DNA from: Chrysomallon squamiferum | Taxonomy: Eukaryota > Animalia > Mollusca | NCBI GenBank assembly: GCA_012295275.1 | Contig: CM022678.1 | Coordinates: 15,252,001-15,316,000, forward strand | Length of the DNA stretch: 64,000 nucleotides | Direction of reading: 5' to 3' | Shown: positions 14,601 to 26,284 of the stretch, one piece after another | How the letters are laid out: each line of letters begins with the position of its first letter | How positions within the stretch are numbered: position 1 is the stretch's first letter | Translations under genes and position numbers: made by a program | The notes under the pieces: model-generated | Told to the model about the DNA's origin: nothing | What the model saw: only the letters and a program-made list of their open reading frames with translations | The model's database searches: none

Positions 14601-17600
14601 TGTATGGACATATTGGTTTATTTTCACATTCTGAACCCTGGAGATACATCTTACATTGCATATGATGCTGAATTTGTTGTTCTAATGAAGACTCAACAGC
14701 AGTTAACCATTCTTTCATTCTGCCAATAAGTAAGCGGCTTAATGAGACACAAATCTGACTTTTTTCCCTTTGAATGATTTTTTCTTTTTTCTCTTTGCTG
14801 TCAACAAAAAAATCTTCAATGAGTTGTATGCATTGGGGTTGTTCTTTAGGATGAATTTCAAAAACAGAGGTGTTTGCTGCATTTTGATACAGACCAAAAA
14901 ATCTGTAGTACATCTGAGCTCTTTCGTGGTCACCTGATGATGTTTGCTGAAAAAGTTTTTCAATGACACTGAAAGTCATCTCAATACCACGAAGTACAGT
15001 AGAAGTGTCTTCATACTGCAGCTCAAAATGAGACAGTTCCAAATATACCTGAAGAGCTTCTAGCATTCCTGCTTCATTTGCAAATGGCTTTTCTTCGTTG
15101 AAAGTCCTAGAAGCCTGTTTTGCCAAAGTTTTGTCCTTTCTGTTTTCTGCCAAAATGACAAGGGTTTTACCAAGTCCACTTCTGTCATCTGCTGCTTGAA
15201 ATGATTCAGTTGCTCTGGTGAGATGAATTTCAGATTCCTGCTTCTTATCAGTTTTATCTCTTAAAACCTGTGATAAAATATAATGACATTCTCCAATTAA
15301 GGCTAAATCACGACCCTTCTCTGCAGCTGTCAGAGCTTCTTGTAATTTCCCACTCTTCAGCAATAACTGAGCAGCTTCTGTTGTTTTACCTGAAATGTGA
15401 TAACTATAACAATTAGAAATGAAAATATGAATTTGTGAATTTTCTCTCTATTATAAAAAGTATTTAAAAACAAAGCATAAAAAGATGTATATCTTTCTCT
15501 GTATAGTTTGAAACAATAACACTTTTTTTTATTTGAGAGAAAATTGTTCACAAACCTTCATCTATAAGATATTCTGCTGCTTCATCATGGTAATTGTGTT
15601 GGATGAGAAAGTTTATCTTTTCATTAACCCGTGTAAGTCGTCCTAATGCAGCAATCATCTTTGCCTTATTGCCGTAACGATGATGCATCTCAGCAGATTT
15701 GTAAGTTAGTCTTTCCTCAGTGTATGCATCCTGAGGTGGGTTTTCTTGTATCACACGAGGAACAGTCTTTCCTTTTGACTGACAGTCCTTCAAAAGTTAA
15801 TTTAATGAAAAAATGTAATTGGTGATTGCTTTACAGTTCTACAAATTAAATTTTAAAATGTTACAGGAAATTGATTAACAGTGCTACAAACAGTTATATC
15901 ATTCTAAAATGTTGAATAAAATTAATTTATAGATCTACAAAATAACAATTTAATTTTATAATTTCCAGACCTACAAACAGTAATATCATTTTAAAATGAA
16001 AAAGAATATTGTTTTATAGAATTTTTATTTTTAACTATGGTTTGATATTGATTTCCAGAAATACAAACAGTAATTTAATTAAAAAATTATTTATATATAA
16101 TTCTGTATTTTACATCAGTTGGAACCTGACATATTATTCATTTACAGTCCTGGAAACAGTAATTTAATTTTAAAAAGTGCATGAATGTTGATTTATAGAT
16201 CTATGATTTAATCCTAGATCTATAAATCAACATTCAGGCACTTTTTAAAATTAAATTGTACAATACTATGAATAATTTCAATTTTATAATGTACTGTTCA
16301 CCTTACCAGTATGGAAAATGCAAATGTCTGGGAAATTGCTAATGTAAACATTAACACTAAAGTTTACTGTAACACTAAAGTTTACTGTAACATTAAAGTT
16401 TAATATACCTAAAGTTTAATAATGTAAGAACAATACAGAGACATAAAAACAATGTAAACAAACATATATAAAGAAAATTATACAACAGAAAAATGTAGGT
16501 TAGGGGTGAAGTGTGTTAGTTTAGGATAATTATGCAATTGCAAAATCTTATCTTGATGGAAAGTGGGTTGAGACAGTGTTGCTGTGATCATATAGTGTGA
16601 CTCAGAATAACTTAATAAGTAAGGTTTTAGGTGGGACAATGGCAGTAAATGAAATCAAAGGTCAATAATAATGTAGATATTAATACACATGCTAGAAATA
16701 AACATTTTGAGAGACACTTAAATGTTACTGATTTACTGTCCAGAAACAGTAATTTAATTCAGTTATACATGAATTATTCAACTAACCTGTAGTATCATCT
16801 TGTGTCTACGTAAACAATCAATTACTTGATCAAACAGTTCTTCCTTGTAAAGTATATCTGTAGCCTTGTTGAAGTAGCCAAGTTGTTCATAACATCGGCT
16901 GCAGTCAAGAATTTTCTTTGCCTTGTAGAACATTCTTGCAGCAGGCAGAAGCTATTGATAAAAAAAAAACCCTACTTAATGTTTTTAAATGGTTTTTGAA
17001 AATATTTAAATAGGATCAATAAAATATTAAAATAAAGTCAATATGATGACTGGAGAATATTTATTTTAAAAGTATGTAATTTCTTTCCAATACATGTCAA
17101 TATCAACACAAACTGTTTTAAATTTGAAAAGATTTATATTAACTATATAATCTAGCATTATACAAACAGTATCAATAACAAGACAAATTTAAGCACAACC
17201 CTTATGTCAAACTCATAATATGAAATGGAAGGAAAATATTATTTTGGTTAGTAATTTAATTAATGAGTTCTAAAGATTGAAATCTTCTTTAAAATGAAAG
17301 AATATCAAATAGAAAAATAAGAAAGAGAGGTTACTAATTAGAAATTTTGTTTTTGTGTTCCAGCAATCTAACCTGTCCACATTTTTCAAAAGACTGAGCA
17401 GCCAGCTCGTATTCATGGGCATTCTGAAGACAAAGTGCTGCCTTGTTTACAAGGCCACATTCCAAAAAAGTCTTAGCTGCAGACATATATTCCTCACGCA
17501 TCCTCCGAGGACTGTCCTTCATTCTTGATGCTTTCAGAGCCTGCAGAAATATCATAAAACTGAATTATAAATCTATTTATTGATAAAACTGAAATAAATC

Positions 17601-20600
17601 AGTCAATGAATATGTAACAGTGAAGTTAATGTAACCATTTCTTTTTTCTTGTGTCAAATATCTGAAACAAAAAGACAGGTATATTGTTCTTATTTGTCAT
17701 TACCTGATTGTGTGCATGTGCTATCTTTTCTTTATTCTCACAACCAGCCATTTTGTAACATTTAGCAGCAACATCATAGAGGGATCGTTTCATTATCTCA
17801 TCGCCCCTTTTTTCCCATTCGGCTGGACTAGATTTCTCAGCAAACATGTTGCTGTCCGAATCTACAAAAAGATAAGAATACTGCTATAAAATGTATTCTA
17901 AAATGATTAAATTTAAAAAAAAAAAAAAATGGGGTTTACTGCTACCAATGAACAGAAAAGATATATGTGTATTTCCTCCTTATCATTTGATACCCAGTGG
18001 ACATAAGTAAGAATTAAAAACACACACACACACACACAGCTCATTTACAAATCCTAACCACCATAATATGATAAATAAATTAATAAAATGTAACTGAAAA
18101 AAGTAAAGAAAGAACATTACCAAGACTGCCAGTTGAAACAAGCTGCACAAGACGTCTGACCTTGAAATACTCAAACATTGGGGCCCGTTTTTCCTCACTT
18201 TGATCAAAAATCCACACATTGACTCGTGCTCTTGTCAGAGCTGTATACAGATGTTTCAGTTCAGAGTTCAATACCTTGTGTTGATTGGGGTCAAATGTCA
18301 AAGGTCGAGGTCGACTTGACTGTTTCAAAACCTCTGCAATTCATAAGATGAAAGGTTCATTTACGACCAGGTATACGACTCTAACTTTATATTTTTATAT
18401 TTATCAAAGTAAATAACACTAGCATGTTTATTGTCAATTATTGTTAGTATCTGGGGTTTTTTTCAATTTATTTATTTCTGCATGTGAGACTATGTATGTG
18501 GGGGTGTGTTTTAATATGGTTAGCTTTTTATATGTGGTTACCTTCATCCAGGACAACTAGATTCTCCTGATTATTTTTATCTTCTAAATTTTCTCTCATC
18601 CTCTCCACATAGTCTGTTACAACCCTCCATTCCTTAGAAGCCTAGTTTAAATTAAATAAAAAGCCACTAAAAGTCAATTTATCTTTAGAATTTATCATCA
18701 TAATCTCAACAATCTGACAAGCTCTATTGGTTTATTTTTAAATTATGATTTTAAATGAAATGTTACATTACTTTTTTAACCATAGGAACTACTAAATAAT
18801 ATTATCCAGTAGCATAACATACTTTTACATTCATTGAAAATTATTACTGGTAGGATAATAAAATTTAAGACCTTTTTTAAATGACAACTAGAGCAACGTA
18901 GTACAAATTAAGGTAAAATATTTTTTATTGATGAAAAATGTAGAATATCTTTTCAAAAGAATACAGGTAAATATTATTTTAAGAAACAAATTAAGAATTT
19001 GTCATACGTAAGAATCCTTGAAAAAGTTGTAAAGAAGAACATCATCAAATTCCAGGCCTTTTGCTTCATAGATGGTCAAAATCAAACCAAGTCTTAGTTC
19101 TTCTGGTATTGAATCTCTTGCCTCTTCATTAACAACTAAAATAGCTTGATGTGCACCAAATTCAATGTGGGATGTCTTACGTTTGTGTCCCTGAAGTAAA
19201 ATGGCTAGATCACTAGGACTGCAAGATTCAAGCAAAACTGGTCGTGGCCCATGAAATAAACCCTGATCCTTCTGCAGACGATCAAACGAATCTGGAAAAA
19301 ATTCAACCATAAGATCTAGAATGGCAGAAGCTAAAGAGAGAATGCCTGCATGAGACCTGTAGTTGTGTGTCAGCTGGTACACTTGCTTGGGAACTTTAAT
19401 TGAGCTGGTTTTGCCAACTGCTTGCAGTGATTTCTCTGCATAGTAGAAGAGTGATTTCAGATCACTGAAGCGGAAAGAAATGCCTCTCATTATGCTCTGA
19501 GCTGTGTCTCCAGTCAAAAACATGTTGTTTGGGTTTTGAATAATATGGATGAGGACAGCCAACTCAGCCTGTGTGAAATCTTGAGTTTCATCTACATATA
19601 TCTGATGCAGTATCCATGGTTGCTCTTTCAGGTTCTGCAGCCTTTTGTGTATTGAATAAATTAGATCTGACTCATCAAAGAGAAATTTCTGAGTTTTAAA
19701 ATGGTCATACCGTAGAAACAATTGATATATCTTGTCACGTTCTCCACTGAAGTTAGGAGCACGTTTACGACCTAAATCGATATACTCATCCTTTTTGAGA
19801 ATTCCATTTGGTTTTGTTAGTGCCTCAAATGATCCTCTGATGAAAGACATAATTTCTGTCCACACCAGAGTGGGATGGTAACTGACAGACATTTTCTTTT
19901 TTTATTTTGGCCACACTTCAGCTGCAAACACTTCATATGTGACTTCACGACGAGGATCCATTTTCTGTTTCTTTTTCCCATGCATCTCTTCAACCACTTC
20001 TTCATATTGCATGTCAATGTCCTCCTCATCTGGCTGCTCATCATCAGACTCATGGTCAAGTGGTGTAAAGCCAAACAGATCATCCTGTGTACCCCAGCCC
20101 TGAATGACCACTTTCAAACTTCCATCATCATTTCTTTCAAAGAAGTAAGGTGGACCTACTGAGGCATCCAGAATCAGAAGCAACTGCTTTGATGTTAGGA
20201 ATAGTGGGTAAAGAAAGTCATTTACATCCTGCAGCCTAAAAAAAAAAAGCAAATTAACTGAAAAATAAAGTTAAACTGAATATAAATGTAAATCTTTAAG
20301 AAAATATTTTAAAATATATTAATGAAATAATTGAATAAGAGTTAAAGGCAAAATGTTTATAATAAATATTTACATCTAAAAGATTCAGGTAAATTTTTTT
20401 TATGTAATATAAAAATCAAAAATAAATATGTTAATCTGTAATTTAAAGCAATACATAATGAATAAAATAATATACTTGAATCAGTTTATAATCAAGGCTT
20501 GTTACACACATCAAGCACACCTCCAAAGTGTCCTGAGCTACATTCTACTCCAAGTAATATAACTGAATCAATTATAATCAAGGAATACACATCCTGCATA

Positions 20601-23600
20601 CTGGGCTACACTCTACTCCAATAAGACATACCTATTAGTACATTACCTATTTGGCAGAATTTCATTTTCCATTTTTATATGTTCTTCTGCTACATCTGAT
20701 GCATGACAAAGCTCACTGAAGTTCTTGTGCACCTCAGTGCAAAGTACTGAATTCTTTGTAACAAAAAGCTGATGCAGGTGATCATAGAATGGTCCAGTAT
20801 ATTCGTCTTCCTCCTCTTCATCATACTCATCATTGGCCATACTTGATGACTCTTCACTCATGATACCTGAATCTAAAACACAGGTACATTTTTAGGAAAT
20901 AACGCTTAGTGTTTAATCAATTTATATTTTATACAAAACATGCCAAAAGCTGCCTGAAATAGGGCACAAAACTAACTTTTTGATAAACAAGTCTGAGACA
21001 AGAAAAGAGCCAAATGGCCACATCAAAGACTGAAGACATTATGAACAGAATCTGTCATTTTCAAGATGATTTATATGTTTTTAATGCTTATAATCAAGCT
21101 GATTATGTCACTCTGGAGTATTTAACAATGGTTGAAAATTACCTGCATGTGACAAAGTGGCATCATCACACAATTCAGAAGTATTTGTGTCAACATCATC
21201 TTCTGCAACCTCTGTTTCTGAAAAATAAACTTAAGAAGATAACATAAGAATTCAGAATATTCATATGAAATGAAATAAATCTTTTTTCTATTAAATACTC
21301 AACAGTTTATGTGAGGTAAAATAATTCTCAGAATAAAAACCTACTGTTCTGTCAACTGAACTAGATATTCCTACTAGTTACATTCAGTAGCAACAACGCA
21401 TGCCCCTCCCCTGTACCCTCTCTTATAAAATTTTTGTTGAATTTATATATATACTTCTTCTTAGTACAAACCTTCTGCAGTCTGTTTAATAAATTGTTGT
21501 TCTCTTGGAAGCAGAGGTCCACCAGCTTCTTTTGCTTTTGTCCAGTACATAGTGAAAACAGTCCACAGTCGGTACAAGCAACATGTAGTTTTTCCAGTTC
21601 CACTTCTGCCCAAAAGCAAAAGAGGTGACTTAGACTCCAGATTAATGATGGCATGTTCTGTGTCTGTGACCCTGAATGGGAAGTCCACCTTAATTTCATG
21701 GTTATGAAGAATATCTGAAACCAGTGCAGAGGAAAAAGAATAGAACTTGAGAATATGGTATTCTGTCTCTTGTGGACTTGCTGGAGGGTACAGTTTTAGT
21801 GACTGTTGTTGTTTTTTCAGAGAAGTCAAATCGACGTCATCTTCAGCTTCTGCAAAAAGCATAGGAATTCGTTTCTTGGTATTACTGCCTCTGAACTGAT
21901 CTTCTTTGATGCCTTTGAGTTTCCTCTGCAGGATGCAGCCCTCTCCTCTGTGGTGAGATTTTATTATCTTTTCAATAACATGGTTCAGATGACTGTGATC
22001 AAGAACTATGTCCCAAACTCTGATAATCTCAGAGTAGATTCTACCACCTTTTACAGCAAAATCATCATTGCTTTTACCTTCTGCTTCAAGTCTTCTTTCA
22101 GCAGCTTCACTCAGTCGTGGTGAAAAAGCAATTGCTAACTCCCATATAATTCTTGCTGCCTTTGACAATTTGGCTTGACGCAGCTTCAGAGTAGCAGGGG
22201 CATTAGGAACTTTGTTAACATAAATATGGGCGCCATTCACCTGATGCTAAAAGCTTAATTCTTTGAATCACTCTTTGTTTCATTTCTGATGGAACATGTT
22301 TGTCTTTAAGAGTTTTCCATACATCAGAAGTACATTCAACTTCCCATTCCAAGTTATCAAAAACTTTAGGATCGATTATTTTTTCTTCTGCACTTCCTTC
22401 TTCATCTTCCTCCAAATCCATTTCTGATTCAACATCTTCTTCATTTGTTTCCTCATTGTCTGACTTCTGCAAACAAATTAAATACATTGGTGATTATATT
22501 CTATCAAAATACCATAAAACTATTAATCATAGTAAAATAAGATCTCAGTATTTCAAGTGAAAGGGATATCTATGAAAAAAGAAATATCGAAATACATACC
22601 AAAAAAAGCAAAATCAATTGTTTCTGATATTATGATATTATTAGATACTATCATTACCAACGTGCAAAACAAATATATCTGTCTATATATATTATTTTAT
22701 AATACCTCTGCTGCAATTGTTTCTTCAGTTGATTCTGAATGTGCAGCTTCCACTTCATCAGCTGATGTTTGTGACATATACTGAACTTTTTTTGATCCCT
22801 GTTGTTTAGAACCATCTGACTTGAAGACAGAAAAGCTGCAATCAGGCAGGTCATTTATTAGTTCCATTATTTGCTCCTTACATTCTTGCACCGAGTCAGT
22901 TTTCACAGCAGACACTCTAATGCCTGTATCTCTGTTATCACTAGTGTCAATCTGTTTCTTTTCTGATGTAGTTTTGTGACTGGAATGCTCTTTTTCCTTC
23001 AGATTTCCTGCAGAGCTTGTTTTCATCTTGGGTTCAGTGTTATGTGGAACAGCTATACGCAAAAACTGAGCACGTCGGTCATTCCTGTCAGTTAAGTACT
23101 GAATAGGCATTTTCCCATCATTGTTTGTAACATCAGCAGGAACCTGTTGACAAAAATAAAATAAAAAATAACTATCTTAATTGATTTCTCAACATTACAT
23201 ATCTGACTTATAAAATAGAAACAATTCATATATTTTATTATGTTCTCCAGTGAAAATAGGAACAACATAATCTTTTTTGAGAATTCCATTTGGTTTTGTT
23301 AGTGCCTCAAATGATCTTTCAACTGAACAGAATTAAAAACATGATGTTCTAACAGTTAGAATGTCTGTTCGATTATTTCTGATTTCTTTCAGTATTGCAT
23401 GATTCTGTTACCAAAGCCTGTGATACTGTCTCTTGGCTTTAATAGAAGGTTGTATTAAATATTTCTTGCTAACCTATGTATATGAGTTTTTATTATGTCT
23501 TTAATTTCTTCTTTTTAAGTATTACGTGATCTTATTATCAAAACAAGGACATTTACTTTTTTTTAATTTTTTTATTAAATATCCATAGATAACCTACATA

Positions 23601-26252
23601 CATGCTGTTCTAACATGTAAGAGTGTCTATTATTTTACCACCTTATTCTATTATCAAAGTTTATAACGTGCTTTGGATTTTATTTGAATGCTATATTAAA
23701 TATCTGTTGCTGAAGAACATAAGTATCAGTGTTATGTAATTAACTTTTCCTAGTACATGATCCTGATATTAAAAGCTGATATGTGTTTGTTAACATGTAA
23801 CAGTGACCCATGGAATAACATCTAACAAAATATGCTGGAATCACATTTTATTGAAAACAATAAATTTAATAAGAACATTCAAATATCTTCAACATATAAT
23901 AGTTTAAATAATCATAATATAAGCACAAGTCTATTCAAATTGGAAATATGATGGGTATTGTCATTTAATAATTAATATTTGAACTATATGGAGTAGAGTG
24001 TATACATGCTCTATATGAATTGCTGAAGATATATTTCAATATATTTTATTATATCTCAAAGACAGCAGAAGTTTACATGGTTAACAATGAAAGCTTGAAT
24101 ACCTGCCGCTCACAGAGTGTTTCCACAGCTTTCAGAGAATGCTTGTTAAACCTGCATCTGCAGGCAATATGTAAAAGACTGTTGCCATCTCTGTCCTGGC
24201 GTGAAGGGTCCAAAAACTTGTACTTTTCTGAGTCTTCTTTATAAAGTGCCAGAAACTTATCAAACAGTACAAAGTTTCCTAAAAATGTAATATAAGAAAA
24301 ACAAAAACAAATTTGATCATGATTAATTTTCATTTTAAAAAATAAATTATATAATTTAAACTAGTATTTTTTGACAGAGAAAGTTTTGTTATATTTTAAA
24401 GACTAAAATAATAACATTTATCCTTGGGACTTGTTTAGTAAATAGACACTAAATTACAACTATAATCTGTATATAAACCTAAAATAATGTTAAAAACAAT
24501 ACCTCAAAAACCAGATTATCTGTTAATTTTGCTAAAATTATAAATACAAATTAATAAATATTTCCTAACACGCTATTTTATTATAATCACGGTTATTTTA
24601 TTTAAAAAAAGAAAATAACAAACCTCTGTCTTTTTCTAAAGCCACAGTCAAAGCAGCATGAATCGGTGTGTCTCCTGGAGTGAGGCTAAAGAAAGATGGA
24701 CTGACTCCATGATCTATAAGCCATTCAACAACTCTGAATTCCAGTTGTGAGACTGCAGCGTGCATAGAAACATCATCCACTGGCAACACTCCACCATGAG
24801 AGTATATCAGATCAAGAATTTGCAGACGCAAGGATTCTGATCCTCGAAGAGATGAGCTCTTCACAAGCTGTACCAACGAAATGTTTTTTGCAAATCTTGA
24901 TAACTTTTTGTCTCCATGTTTTGTCTCATATTTCTGTACTGCTGCATCAATCTGTCGCCATTTATCTTTCTTGGCAAATTTTTCTAGTATGGATTTATAA
25001 TGTTCAACAGAAAGAGATGTCATACAGTCTGGAATATCTGTGAAAATTTGTAAAGGTTTTTAACTGAATAACAAAGAGCATGATATATTAAAAGGATAAT
25101 TTCAAAATCTTTTTTATGAGACTTTTTATATTCAAATGACTCCAGAAAATTAATATAATTAATATTAAATTGGAAATGATCATAAATACACAGATTAGTT
25201 TTATTGCTAGAAGTATTTAATATCATGTCTAATGCTATAAACAATTTAAATTACTAAAAAAATATAAGTTAGTATTTTGACCTAATTGCTTGTTTAATTT
25301 AAGTAATCACATAAAGGGCATTAAAATTGAAAATGACAAACCTGGAGTAAGCATTTTCCCCAGTTCATCCACAATGATATCAGCACTTCGAGCAGACAGT
25401 TGTTGATGTTTAGTTTCTCTGTGAGGTTTATTAATCACTTCAACAAGATTTTTTATTCCTTTTGTGTATTTTCCCCCAATGAAGAGATCTGTTGCATCAG
25501 CTACTAGCTTTTCACAAAGCTGACAGCCAACCAGATTTTCTTTATTTTTCTTCGGCAAAGGTTTAGAGGGCTGACCCTTACAAAAAGCTACAAAGAACAG
25601 CAATTTTGATTTTTAATTTTATCATTGCAAGCCTTGTTTCATTTACTCTACATTAACTAATCATTACAGATAACTTTGACTAGAAGCATTCACCTTCTGG
25701 TTTATCACAGACAAAACACCACACAAAAATGCATTAATCCTGATAATATTTTGTTCTTAAATATAAAGTCAATGTTGCCATTTCAGCATCTGCCCAGGAG
25801 CCACTGTTCTCTCATTATCTTATATATAATGCCACATAACCATAAATCAAAACTGAGTCACCAAGTATGAAACATTTTAAAATATGTAATCAAGAGTGTC
25901 AAAAGAATACAAAATATTAATGTAGAAATTTTGATAGTAATTGTTACAAATTCTTATATAAAAATAAGCTCTGATTTAAACTGTTTACCTTTCTCGGCAT
26001 ATTCCAAACGCATTTTCAGTTTCTGGTCTCCAGATCTCAAGCACTCAAGAGCTTTCTGTTGCAAACTGTTAGTGATTAACGGATTAGCTCTATATTTCAG
26101 AAGTAAATCCACAACATTATCTTTGTAGTTCATATTGCAGTCAGTCATTACTGCAAGGTGAAGTACAGTATTGCCATTTTTGTCTTGAATGTTTAGCTCA
26201 TTCAGTGGAACTGCCTTGTTATCTACCAACCATTTAAAAACATGGTCCATTC

Positions 26253-26284
<32 letters not shown>

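Noticed and set aside
14125-22240. Programmed ribosomal frameshifting or stop readthrough as the explanation for the TRANK1-like breaks
   Set aside because: No shared slippery heptamer or evident stimulatory structure. Three independent recoding events in one mRNA are implausible, and a similar indel occurs in the unrelated lectin gene.
21806-22560. Plus-strand ORFs overlapping TRANK1-like exons (also 32652-33005, 30159-30353, 19875-20162) and minus-strand ORFs over the IgGFc gene
   Set aside because: Antisense shadows of real coding exons with no recognisable domains.
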